Shown here one piece after another: positions 36,826 to 48,647 of a DNA stretch of 64,000 nt (positions within the stretch are counted from its first letter, which is position 1; every line of letters starts with the position of its first letter). This DNA comes from Cirrosporium novae-zelandiae (lineage: Eukaryota), in the NCBI GenBank assembly GCA_026023565.1, contig JAPETS010000005.1, positions 62,001 through 126,000 of the forward strand. Direction: 5' to 3'. The position numbers and the translations under genes are program-made. The notes under the pieces were generated by a model. The model had not been told where the DNA came from and made no database searches. It worked only from the letters and a program-made list of their open reading frames with translations.

Positions 36826-37255
36826 TTTTCGTATTCCTATACTGACTTGGTCGAAGATGTTATTCAAAAGAGATTTGTGTCAATGGCATGGTGGATTTCA
36901 AGGTCACCATCGGGCCTCTGTGACTGACTTGTTGCTAATCAATCCATGGAGAGAAGTTGGGTTGAATGAGATCCCTGTCGCCGATGCCGCTATCTCCACC
37001 CTTGAGATATTGAACCTTCCAGTGTCTCCACTGCCATCCACCCCCACCTACTTTAGTATGCAGCTGTGTCACCCATCTAACAGCCATTTACCCCGAAAAT
37101 ATACATATTAGGCAATTTTTTGTCGGACTGGTTAGTCTCGCGATAAGATAGCTACCAAGAATCAAGTAAACATTCGCGACCTAAGCTAAAGTACGTACCT
37201 ATCGTCTACTTTTATATTTTTATAATTATTGAACAATTTTATTCAACACACAATA

Positions 37256-39479
37256 ATGGAGAATTTTCGTGTTCGTAAAGCTGCTTCTCATCGTCGTTCC
37301 TGGAAAGTCTGCGCTCGTTGTCGCAAACGCAAGACCAAGGTGAGCGCATAGTATATCGTCTTATTCGTCTTAATTGTGACGCTGAAGTAGCTTCAGTGCG
37401 ACTTCAAATTACCGAAATGTACTCCTTGCAAAGCTGCCAATGCCCATTGTGTAGGATTTGATCCTGTGACAAAGACTGAAATTCCAAGAAGGTTCGGCCT
37501 GCCATCAACTCCAAGTGGAAAAAGTGTTTCATGCTAACACATTTGATGGCGAAGCTTGGTGAGGCATCTGGAGGATAGAGTAGCAGAATTGGAAGCCCAG
37601 GTTGAAGCATATCAGAAGTCACCAACAAATCTACCTTCAATCTTTGCTTCCAATATAGCCAAATCAATTGTGTCCATTGCTGTACCTAATTCTCGCTCCT
37701 TCTTCTATTCGACTATCTCAACACCTTTATTCCTTCATTCATCGTGTCCTCCACTTCCAGTCGCCCGTGCTCGACGAAATCATACCTCTCACAAACCAAA
37801 CTATAATGCAGAGGACTCGCCCCAAACCAAAAGTGACGGTACTCCCAGTAGACGGATGCCATCCACCAATTTGAAGTCCGTGCCACCCAAAGCTATTGAA
37901 TCTATGATTCGGAATTACACCGATATACACCTCCCGCAGTATCCATGTGTTGGTGAGAAGTGGCTTTTGGAAACCGTGGACAGGGTTTTGGAAGAACAAT
38001 CTGGCGATACCGACTCAATTTTAACATATGGAATTCCGCCTGATTCTAGGTTGACTCATTTTGAATATTTTGTCGTATTTATTGTACTGGCTATTTCGTC
38101 ATTGACCTTGACTTGGCGATCGGAATTTCGAGCAACGGCCGCATCAGAGTCGTTCTGTTTTTCCGCACTAAAGCATTTGCAGCTTATGAACGAAGTGGAT
38201 TCTATCCAGAGTCTTCAGGTGTCGCTCCTTCTCGCACATTATGCTCATATGAATCCAGAGAAAGCGGACAACTGGACTTGCATTTCTAATGCCGCCAGGA
38301 TAGTTCTCGACCTTGGGTTGCATAAAGGCTCTGATGGGGTTTTGAGTGAAGAGCAAAAACGGGTAAGGCGAAGACTCTTCTGGGTTACATATGGAATGGA
38401 ACGATCTCTATGTGGAATCCTTCGTCTTCCTCTATCGTTTCCTGAAGAGTCAATAACAATAGAGGTATGCTATATCGCTCGTCCTTCCTTGCCTGAACAA
38501 TAATGCTACCTATTCAACTCCCGAGAGATTTCTAATGATGTCTAATATATTGGGTAATCTTCAGTTCGATCTTATACCGACCGACGACTTGAATCTCGAT
38601 GAGGCTACAAGTGATATGCTACGTAGGAAGTCATCAGCAAATCATATCTATCTATACCGTAGTTTAGAAACAGAAGTCCATCGGGTTCTCCATCTTCGAG
38701 AGGACGAGCCATTACAGGGGCAAGATATTTATCATTGGTTTCAGAGCATTAACCATCGGCTTGCAGGGTGGTATGAGAAAGCTAAAACGTTTTCCCCATA
38801 CCGTATGCTTGAGTTTAGAGATGTCCAATTCAATCATTTGTTGGCCAAAATTCACAGGCCAACCCCTCGGTTGCGAATCCGCACCCATGAAGATCGGCAA
38901 ATATGTCTGGAAGCCTGTCAGAAACTTGTTGAGAGCTATAACGATCAGACTAGACATGCAAGACTTTTCTACCCGTGGCATGGCGTCCATATTCTCTTTG
39001 AGGCAGCCGTCATCATGCTAGATGCTTGTTGGGAGTCACGAAGTTGGATGCCGCTGATAGAATCGATCCAGCGTACTATATCTGTGTGCTTGCCAGATTG
39101 CTTAGCGATATTGATAAAGGTTGGCGAACGATGGAAAGATGCCGCCTTGTGCGCAAAATATCTACGTCCTATTGTGACAGACGTTTCTATATCTCTTGAT
39201 CATGGAATGGAACAGATTGCCGAAATTAATACCAACTATGCCTTGACAGAAAAGCTAAGAGAACTTCTTTTCCCTGATGGACCGTTAACATGGGAATCAC
39301 CTTCCAATGGGTCAAGACGAGGTAGTGGGGAGCCGACGACCCCCATCAAAGGCGTGGAAGAGTTTCAATGGGATATCGATTGGGATATCGCGGATATTTT
39401 AATCAGTAACCCGACTTATGAACAACCTATCACGGCGCCCGAGGGACACAAGGGAGGAGATTATATGGCATTTACCTAA
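37256..39479 (+). CDS. Zn(II)2Cys6 transcription factor with fungal-specific middle homology region (Ppr1/UaY-like); 4 exons
   Basis: CARCRKRKTK|CDFKLPKCTPCKAANAHC, EIPRS|LVRHLEDRVAELE, ARIVLDLGLH, RRRLFWVTYGMERSL. Confidence 0.92.
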
Positions 39480-40247
39480 ACATAAGGCAGGGCAGAGTCG
39501 AAGGAACGTTCACTTTATAAGCATTTCAGGGAGGTCGAACCTAGCCATTGAGATTTTAATGATCATTGAAGATCCCTATTTTACTATCACCTGCAAAGAC
39601 TTGCTATAGCGGATCGCTCGTTTAACCATCTCTCCAATGTGAAATTAATACAGCTTTAATATCGGCCCTCCATAAGTATTTTTACTTTACCGAATGATCT
39701 AGCATTACTTCATCTGGCCCATTCCCACCCACCTTTACGGCCTTCGGGTTGATATAATTCCGTATTTGAGCACCCCCGGTATCTATTGACAATAGTCTGC
39801 GGAGTGGATACTAGAGAAGCCAGGCCTGTAATGCTATATGGTGTGGTTAACCTTGTTGTATAATGATTATAAGTATTGGTTAGAGAGAAAATATAGACTA
39901 TTAAAAGATGTTGGGTTTCGAGTCCTGAACTTTCAGGCCGCGAAGATTTAGGTTAGAATGTCGATCGGTTGGCTGTTCCTGCGCAGAAAGTAAACAACCC
40001 TGACTCAAGATAATTATTCATTGGAATCTTTGAAGTGTCCTAGTTTGCTTTTCCATGGTTGTTGGGATATCAGAGATTATGAAAATATAGAACAGATGGA
40101 CTGTGCCGGGTGGCCAGGAAACTACAGGATACTCTTAAATCTAATTCTACAAGTCTTTTATGCTAACACATTGATTCTGTATAGATACCAAAAGCAAATC
40201 CGTGAACTTCACTTTCACATACCAAGCTAACCAACTTAAATAGTAGG

Positions 40248-41280
40248 TCAGTCATGATTTGATATCACTCCTTTCAATACTAGCAAACGACCCCCTTCCA
40301 CACGAACAACCTTTCCATCCATGAATGCTCCTGCTCTACTTGCTAGCCAGACGGCTGTCCCGACCATATCCTCTTCGTCTCCAACCCTTCTAGCAGGCGT
40401 TTCACCGGCTAAGTGAAAGTTTGAATTAGGATCTGTTGGGTCTGTCATACCTGATGGCACGAGACCTGGAGAAATTGCATTGACTCGTACTACTACTTGT
40501 CAAATGAGATTCTTTCAAGAATGTAAAAGCGCTTACTATAAAAATCGGCGAACTCAGCAGCAAGGATTCTCACTAGATGGTCTATAGCAGCTTTTGGAAG
40601 CTGATAGGCCGGCACAAATTGGTGGTTATGAACACTTGCCGGGCTACTAAACAATATAACACATCCTCGACCATCTCCTCGTTTTGCTGCGGCACCAAGA
40701 ACTTTGACCAATCCAGCTGTTAAGAAATATGGTGCAAACAGGTTTAAATGGAAGGCATGGTCCCATTCTTCCCATGATGCTGATGATGTCGCTTGCTGCA
40801 ATATTTCGAGGTTGTTTCCATGTTTAAATTCAATCTTGTTCATATATCGGATGGCAGCACAATGGATAAGAACGTCCAGCGAAGTTATTGAGGCATTAAT
40901 TCTGTCGATGACCGCCTGCAAACCCTCTGTATGAGAAAGGTCCACGCAAACCCTGGCGCAAAATGTTAATTTGAGTTTGTGCTGAAAACTAATCTGAAAA
41001 CCCCTCACGTCGTTATATTTGTCTTTCCCCCAATAGAAGCAATGATCTCATCTAATTCAGACTTGGTTTTTGAAAGCAGAATATCATTAATGTCAATGAG
41101 TATTAAATTAGCACCACCGACTGCGAAGCCTTTAGCCAGCATTTTCCCGATACCGGAAGCTGTGTTTTCTACCATCAGCTATATCATAACATTCTCCGTG
41201 ATTCTGAACGGACCTGCTCCTGTTATAGCCACACTTCGGTCGGTGACGCTGAACAGATTTTGTGGAAGAAGATTCGCCAT
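40248..41280 (-). CDS. Short-chain dehydrogenase/reductase; 4 exons
   Basis: LFSVTDRSVAITGAASGIG (Rossmann motif across intron 1), catalytic S...YQLPK, VRVNAISPG, TPARRVGDEEDM. Confidence 0.9.
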
Positions 41281-41960
41281 GGTAAGGGACGATTGCTCGC
41301 AGTTAAGATCTTGGAGAGTGTTATGGAAATGGTCTACCAGATACCATTCAAGATCTTTTGGGGAGATGGTACCTTGGTGGTTAAATTTGAGAAATCAATA
41401 TCTCAGCAAAATGAGATGCCGCCGTGGTAAAATTTGCTACCTATGGATGGTATGAAAGGGATTGCTAGCTCCGTACGAAACAATATGTGTTCTAGTTAAG
41501 AGAATATATGCACTCTTTCTAGTGTCCAAGATATTCTCGAGGGAAATAAAGGCCCAGTTTTTACGAGGACTTCTATCGCTTACAGGTAAATGGTGAGATC
41601 CCACGTAGGCACGCTAACATATCTTCTAGTTATCTTTTCAAGGTTTATACAATGTCGGGGCCTTGGTTTTTCTGGTCGCCCTCGACAACTATCTGTTTGA
41701 AATAATATTTATAGCGAGGTTAAAGTTTCTCGGAGTTCACCTTGCAGTCGTCATGAACCGACTGAGTTCTCCGGTCAAGTCTCTGGAACCCCCCTGCTTC
41801 ACAAACAAAAATGCGGGATTGCTCTTTGTGAAACACTGACTGGCTTCCCGTATTGATTGTGGTTATATCTTGAATCCTCTCCTTAAATCATTTCCTTTGA
41901 TTCTTTGCCAAGACTCTTCTATTCATCACTTTCCAATACTTCAGTTTGCTTTTGCCGGCG

Positions 41961-43858
41961 ATGGAGGCTCTTCTCCATCTTGTTTACCTCCAAGTGGTTG
42001 TTTTTATCTTCCTAACTATCACTGCTGGAATTGCAGTCTTCGTCTACCTAAGATGGTTCTATGTTGACTTCGCAAAAGTTGAGGGTATCCCTGAGATCCC
42101 AGGTGGAGGACTAGTCTCTGGACATTTGTATATGCTAGGCGAAAACCATGCTGCCACGGCTGAAAAATGGTCCGAGGAGCATAATTGGCCAATATATCAG
42201 CTCAGGATGGGAAACCGACGGGCGATAATGCTCAATTCCTTTGATGTGGCAAAGGAGTGGATCATTACGAACCAGACGGGAACAATCGATAGACCTTGGA
42301 TGTACACGTTTCATGGGGTGGTCTCGTCGACTTCTGGTATATTGACCTAACAATATTGGTAATACTATAGTGCTGATTAGTCTTTGGCCAGCGGCAACAA
42401 TTGGCACAAGTCCCTGGGATGAAAGAACCAAGAAACGAAGACGGATTGTAGGGTCACTAACGACAGGTCCATCCATTCAAAGACTTAAGCCTCTGTTCGA
42501 TATGGAATCTACGGCCATGATTGAGGGCATGTATAGGTATAGTAACGGTGGATTATTAGAAATCATGCCTCATGATTTTGCGAAGAGACTTGCATTGAAT
42601 ATTGTCACTATGTTTTGTTATGGAACACGGTTCAGCAGTATTGAAGATCCTCTTCTGCACCAGATATTGAATGATGCTAACCGGATAGCAAGGTGGGCCC
42701 TAATTCTACTATTCAAGCAAAATCTCCCAGTAGACATGCAACTAACGGCGCTCTGCAGCTTTCGATCAACCAATTCAAATACTCAGGACTATATACCTCA
42801 TCTCCGCTTTTTCTCGAACCAGAAGAGAACAGCCGAAGCTATCGAGGTAAGAACTCGGAGAGATCGTTGGCTATCAACAATGCTAGACCGAGTCCGCTCA
42901 GCGATTGCGACTGGTAAAGGGAAGCCGTGCGTAGCAGAAGGGCTCTTAAAAGATAAGGACGAGAGGCTTACAAAGGGTAGGTGTTTCCACACCTATAGTT
43001 AAATTTATTCTAGCCCAATCTCATTACTATGCAGACGATGTCAAAATAATCCTTGGTGGTCTCATGTCTGGCGCATTCGAAACCATGTTTTCGACCATCA
43101 TAATTTGTATTGGCGTACTCTCGACCCCCGAAGGCCAAGCAATCCAGCAGAGCACGTATGAAGATATCATGAATACCTACCCTACCGCCGAAGAAGCTTG
43201 GAAGCGGTGTCTGCTCGAAGAAAAATGCCAATCCGTCATTGGGCTAGTACGGGAAACTCTTCGGTTTTATTCCCCTTTGAAATTACTACCCCCGCGGCAG
43301 ACATACAAAGAATTCAACTATAACGGCTCAAAAATCCCGAAAGGATTAATGGTTTACATCAACGCCCAAGCAATCAACAGGGGTAAGCAAAGCCCATCCC
43401 TTCTTCCCCATCAACCACCCCCTTCACCCACTCACTAACTAACTAACCCTCAACCTCCAGACAAATCCAAATACGGCCCCGACGCCGACCGTTTCCGCCC
43501 CTCCCGCTGGCACTCGCCCCCAACCTCCTCTCACCCAGTCCCATCACCACCACCACCGCCACCGTACCACTTTTCTTACGGGGCCGGCTCCCGAATGTGC
43601 ACCGCCGTCAACTTCTCCAACCGTGTTCTCTACATCGTCTTCTTGCGTCTTGTCCTCTCCTTCAAAATGGTCCAGAGTTCCTCCATGCCCCCAAACGTCG
43701 ATTATATGGATTACAACCGCAATTTCAAGGCTAGTAATGCAATCTCGAAGGACTTTAAGGTTACGTTTGTGCCAAGGGAGAAGGGGGGGCAAGATATGTG
43801 GGTAAGGGAGAGTTGGAAGGAGGTTAGGGGGCTAGATTTGGGCGGGGGTGAAAATTGA
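41961..43858 (+). CDS. Cytochrome P450, CYP504-like (phenylacetate / 3-hydroxyphenylacetate hydroxylase family); 5 exons
   Basis: N-terminal membrane anchor, TFHGVVSSTS|AATIGTSPWDE, RLALNI..MFCYGTR, ETLR, heme motif FSYGAGSRMCTA. Confidence 0.88.
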
Positions 43859-44696
43859 GAATGGAGGGCGTGAGGGAAGTGAGTTGGGTTACTAGAGTGT
43901 GAGAGGTGGAATAGACGGGATTCATCATGAGCTGTTGAAAGGAAGGGAAGAAAAATCATCGTTACTTTCCCATATCACCTATTACCAGCTCTTATATAGC
44001 TAGATAGATTAAGACCCATTAATTATCAAAAAAACCCTCTAGTCCACAAACAGTAAAAAAATGAAGTCCTATTGTGACTAACAACGTACCCAGCATGAAC
44101 CCATTGCGCCACAGACAGACACGGACAAACCAAACACCCAACCCTAAAGAGCCTAAAAATCTAAAGGATAAAAGATAAAAAACTCTTAATTACATACTGT
44201 AATCGTCCCCTCTCCCTGCGCCTCAGATCTCGGAAACTCCCGTCCTGCATAACAAACTAACAAACCCCACAGGGGTTAGTTAATTAGTTATGTCATTCCA
44301 AAAACTCCGCAAGATGGGTTCACGGGACGTGGGGTTCTCCGATATGATACGGGGGACCGGGGGGGGGGTTAATGCGATATCGATATGTGTGATACGCGAT
44401 TTGGAGTTTGGGATTTGGGATAAGATAGGGATTGGTTATCGAGGTGGGGGGGAGGGGGAGGGGGGTTTGTCTTCTTTTCTTTGCGTGCGTGCATGGATGG
44501 TGGATGGGTGGATCTGCGAGTTGGCTATAATCACGGCTGCCGTTATTGTCGTAGAATTTTTGTTTTGTTTTTTTTTTTTAAAAAAAAACATTTTTGGAGA
44601 GTTTCGTACTGTAATCTGCATCTTGAAATATATTCGCATTCCTCCTCACAACATTCGTATTTATCATCATTAGAAGAAGAAGAAAAAAGAGAAATA

Positions 44697-45983
44697 ATGG
44701 CTCTCTTCATAATCCACACCACGACCCTCTTCTCCCCGCTGACAAAATCCCTCCTCCACAATGCCTCCCTAATAATCGACCCAACCACAGGTCTCATAAC
44801 CGACACGTACACGCGCCCGTCCCCCTCCTTCCCGACACCCCTCCCAGAAGGCGACATCGACCTGACAGGAAAATTCGTAATGCCAGGCCTCGTCGACGCG
44901 CACACGCACATATTCCTGCATTCCTACGACGAGAACCCAGCCCTGCCCCAGAAACGCGACGAGAGCTTCGTCGAGCGCGTTATTAGGAGCGTTTCGCATT
45001 GCCGTACCGCCCTCCTTGCAGGCTATACCACATATAGGGACTTGGGCTCTGAATCAATGCAGGAGGCGGATGCGAACGTGCGGGATGCGATTAATAGGGG
45101 GTTGATGCCGGGGCCGAGGCTCTTCGTGGCGACGCGCGTGCTTGCGAGTTCCGGGTCATATGAGCCCAGGACCGAGAATGCGATCGGGGGCACTTGTTTG
45201 CCCGCGGGTGCGGAGGTGGCAGATGGGGTTGAGGGTGTGCGGGCAGCGGTGAGGAGGCGCGTGGGGCATGGCGCTGATGTTGTCAAGGTTTTTGCGGATT
45301 ATCGGAGGAGGATTATGAGATGTCCGCCTGCGCAGCAGCATCCATATGTGCCGAGTGTTTTGTTCCCCCCGCGCGAGCCCAATCCGGATTATTGTGTTTA
45401 TAGTCAGGAAGAGTTGGATATGGTGGTGAGGGAGGCGGGCATGGCGGGTGCGCCTGTGAGCGCGCACGCGTGCACGCTTGAGGGGGCGATGAGGGCGGTG
45501 AAAGCTGGGGTTACGACGGTGGAGCATGGGTATTTTGTTAGTGGGGAGTTGCTGGCGTTGATGAAGGAAAAGGGGTGTATTCTTGTGCCGACGTTGGCGA
45601 TTGCCGAGAAGTTGCATGCGCGGCGGTTTGGGGAGATTATGGCGCAGGTGAAGATGGCGTGGGAAACGGGGGTTAGGTTGGCCTGTGGGGGGGACACCGG
45701 GACGTATCCGCATGGGGAGAATGTAAGGGAATTGGAGCTGATGATAGAGACTGGGATTCCGGTTTTGGATGTCCTGGAGGCGTGTACCGTTGGTGGGTGG
45801 AAGGCTTGTGGGGGGGAGCTGAGTGGGTATCGGTTTGGATGGTTGGAGGAGGGTTGTAAAGCGGATATTATTGCGTTGGACGAGATGCCAGCTGTGGGAA
45901 ATAGTGCGTTGAGGAAGGTCGATTTCGTGATGAAGGATGCCAGGGTTTGGAAGAGGGATGGAGTTCCTGTGGGGATAGTATGA
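44697..45983 (+). CDS. Binuclear metal-dependent amidohydrolase (Xaa-Pro dipeptidase/ochratoxinase-like group), intronless
   Basis: MPGLVDAHTH, GYTTYRDLG, bridging Lys in DVVKVF, AHA, EHG, GGDTG, ADIIAL. Confidence 0.92.
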   Translation: MALFIIHTTTLFSPLTKSLLHNASLIIDPTTGLITDTYTRPSPSFPTPLPEGDIDLTGKFVMPGLVDAHTHIFLHSYDENPALPQKRDESFVERVIRSVSHCRTALLAGYTTYRDLGSESMQEADANVRDAINRGLMPGPRLFVATRVLASSGSYEPRTENAIGGTCLPAGAEVADGVEGVRAAVRRRVGHGADVVKVFADYRRRIMRCPPAQQHPYVPSVLFPPREPNPDYCVYSQEELDMVVREAGMAGAPVSAHACTLEGAMRAVKAGVTTVEHGYFVSGELLALMKEKGCILVPTLAIAEKLHARRFGEIMAQVKMAWETGVRLACGGDTGTYPHGENVRELELMIETGIPVLDVLEACTVGGWKACGGELSGYRFGWLEEGCKADIIALDEMPAVGNSALRKVDFVMKDARVWKRDGVPVGIV

Positions 45984-46098
45984 TTTCTCTAGGTTAGAAG
46001 AAAATTGAAAATTTGCGGTATTATTACATAGGAGCTTTGGGTTTGAAGTACTCTCTATGTTTATTCATTCTAAAAGAGACCATTATAAGAACATTGTT

Positions 46099-47706
46099 TT
46101 AGGTTAGGGTAACTAGCTCTTGTTCTTTAAATACTTGACCAAACAGAACACCGGGGGTGTACCATGAAGTACCATCATCATCGATTCGCCTCGCGAGACC
46201 TGGGGCTCCAAAAGCATATTGGATTGACGTTGAGACCAGCACGGACACAGCGGCATCGGCTGCAACAGCATGCTGTAGGAAGAAGAATCCATCTTCAAGC
46301 TGCAGATATTCATTGCTACCTAGGAACCCAATTGCCTTAAGGAAGTCATAAATCAGTAATCTAGGATCACCTTCGTCTGGAGTTTCTATACTAAAGTCGA
46401 CAGAATTTGGAAGGTAATCGGTTCGCTCTATCCAGCTAGTCATCCAATTTTTCGCCTTTTCACATAACCTCTGACCCGAAGTCTGATATACCGCCATATC
46501 GTGGAGTGTTAAAGTGCCATCCTCGTTCCGCTTACCCTTCTGACCTGTTCCAAAGTTATGTATGGGGACGATGGCCGGGAATTGACCAAGGCGAGGCCGC
46601 CATCGTTTTGTACTTGTCTGTCTTTCGAATGCCGGGGACCCTACTTCTTCGGCTTGGCGGTCTGCCGATGAAAAGATATAGGAAAAGTCTTGCTTACTCT
46701 CACAAACGTCGATAAACTTTTGGCAAAGTTGTTGCTCTGTTGCTCCGACCGACCGGGCTGATCTTTCCATGGTCATTGCTCCTATCATCGCATACCAGTA
46801 ATTCTTGAATTCAGTTGTTTCTCTTCCGTTCATACTTGCCATGACCCGCAAACCATACTTCTCCCCACCGAGCCACAGGTCACCAATGAGACTCTCAAAG
46901 GCATCGAGACGAGGGTATCTGCTTCTGATGTCGAGTTGATCTATGCCTTGTTGGGTTTGCTTGAATAATGTAATGTAGCCTCCTATAGCTGAGAAGGAGA
47001 CCCATGCTAATAATGGAGGTTTACTGCTGTCCTCGCATAGGAAAGAGAGGTCATTTGTTGGAGTTTCTAGGACTTCTTGATATGTCCATACACTTCGTAT
47101 CCATCCATCCTTCTCTAAGCAATCCAATTTCTGGGCATTAGCAAGGTGGCTCTTGTCAATAACTAGACGTTCTCTTCGTGCCTGATCTATCGTTGCGGTC
47201 ACGTCTATCATGTGCTCAATTGCAGCATAAGATTCTTCCACTAGCACAATAGCCACTTTATCAGCCTTATGGTAAATATATCCCATACTTTCAAGTGTAG
47301 CTTGTTTCTCAGCTACCGCTTGGATGTCTCCATCTTCGGCAACTGGGACACAGAAAGCATCAATCCAGAATGCTAGGGTTTTTGTTGCAAACTTTGAAAT
47401 TGTTGACTCGAGCGCTCGCATGGTATGCACAGAGATTCTTTTAGGACCCCAAATTCCGTAGAAAGGATTATTAGTCCATTCCGTATTTTGATCACCCCAG
47501 ACATATGATATACACGTGTAGTTGGGGATATCATTAGGGTCAATAATATCCTTGACCATCCATTTTCTGCCTACTAAAGGTAGGGTTGGTTCCAGGTGGT
47601 CATGATCAGCCTCAACGAGAAGTCGTAGCTTGAAGTCACCAGCTGTTTGAGAGTCAGCAAACCATATTAATATATTCTCTGTTTGAAAGGTGTTTGTACA
47701 AGACAT
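46099..47706 (-). CDS. HET-domain (heterokaryon incompatibility) protein, intronless, 535 aa
   Basis: HET blocks YTCISYVWG, FWIDAFCV, MGYIYHKADKV, WIRSVWTYQE. Confidence 0.88.
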   Translation of the reverse strand: MSCTNTFQTENILIWFADSQTAGDFKLRLLVEADHDHLEPTLPLVGRKWMVKDIIDPNDIPNYTCISYVWGDQNTEWTNNPFYGIWGPKRISVHTMRALESTISKFATKTLAFWIDAFCVPVAEDGDIQAVAEKQATLESMGYIYHKADKVAIVLVEESYAAIEHMIDVTATIDQARRERLVIDKSHLANAQKLDCLEKDGWIRSVWTYQEVLETPTNDLSFLCEDSSKPPLLAWVSFSAIGGYITLFKQTQQGIDQLDIRSRYPRLDAFESLIGDLWLGGEKYGLRVMASMNGRETTEFKNYWYAMIGAMTMERSARSVGATEQQLCQKFIDVCESKQDFSYIFSSADRQAEEVGSPAFERQTSTKRWRPRLGQFPAIVPIHNFGTGQKGKRNEDGTLTLHDMAVYQTSGQRLCEKAKNWMTSWIERTDYLPNSVDFSIETPDEGDPRLLIYDFLKAIGFLGSNEYLQLEDGFFFLQHAVAADAAVSVLVSTSIQYAFGAPGLARRIDDDGTSWYTPGVLFGQVFKEQELVTLT

Positions 47707-47770
47707 TGTTGATATATTTCCCGATGTAATGATTTACCTTCAAGCTAGCTATGGGGAGAGCTATGAACTA

Positions 47771-48147
47771 GTCTCGGCCGACCATCCGTAAAACTATTTT
47801 TTTTGACTGTCGGATCAACTTTTAATTAATTATAGGGCCCATACAACATTGTGTGCGTAAAAAATAAATGAGCGTACGAGGTCAAGCGACCATTCGCCTA
47901 GCTCGGCTGACCATTCGGCGTTTTCAAAGGACTTCCGACCCTAATAAATTACCAATGAGATTAGAAAACCCGAGGTTGACCGAGTTTTATGGCACGTGCG
48001 CCAGGTCAGCCGAGTTGAACGAATGGTAGGCCGAAATGTGCACTCTCCGTAAAATACGTTTTTGATAGTAATTACGGGGTTTATACAAAGTATTTACAAC
48101 ATTAACCGCGTAAATTTGCCGTAAATTTTGCTATGGTCGGCCGAGCT
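47771..48147. mobile_element. MITE-like non-autonomous element (377 bp) with terminal and internal inverted repeats, flanked by TA
   Basis: CTCGGCCGACCAT (47773-47785) and its exact reverse complement (48133-48145); a second inverted pair at about 47887-47912 and 48004-48030; TA at 47769-70 and 48148-49. Confidence 0.65.
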
Positions 48148-48647
48148 TAACGCCTGGTCGGGTGAGTAGCCCAGTTACAATTTACTCCAACCACCCCAAG
48201 TCCAGTTCCTCATCCATCTCCACTCCTCCAGTCCACCCCGCGTTCAACCCCTCCCCCGATCCCCCATCCGACGCCCATCCCTCTACACTCAACTCCCAAT
48301 CTCCATTCTGCTCTTCATCTGAGCTAAACTCCCCCCAATCCCACCCCCAGCCCGGGCAAAATTGTCACCATATCGATCACCAATCTTGCTTGTTTATCTA
48401 TAATATTTGAACTTGGGTTGAAGTATATTGAAAGAAAGGTAAAAGGTCTCAAATAAAAGGAAGCTTCAGACACCGTGCTCTGATATGAAGCACAAAAGGT
48501 GTATGCATGGTAATATTAGGACTACCTCAGGCAGTTATAGCAACTAAAGTAATCGACGCCTCCAAGATTTAGATTATATCCTAAACCCGAGCTCCCCACG
48601 CTCCTTTAGTTTATGCACATCACATCACAAATCGAATATCAAATCCT

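Noticed and set aside
44481..44696. 72-aa N-terminal extension of the amidohydrolase ORF
   Set aside because: Starts at TTG and runs through poly-T/poly-A promoter sequence; ATG 44697 is the plausible start
32859..45983. Secondary-metabolite biosynthetic cluster interpretation
   Set aside because: No PKS, NRPS, terpene cyclase, prenyltransferase or repetitive RiPP precursor nearby; the enzyme set fits catabolism better
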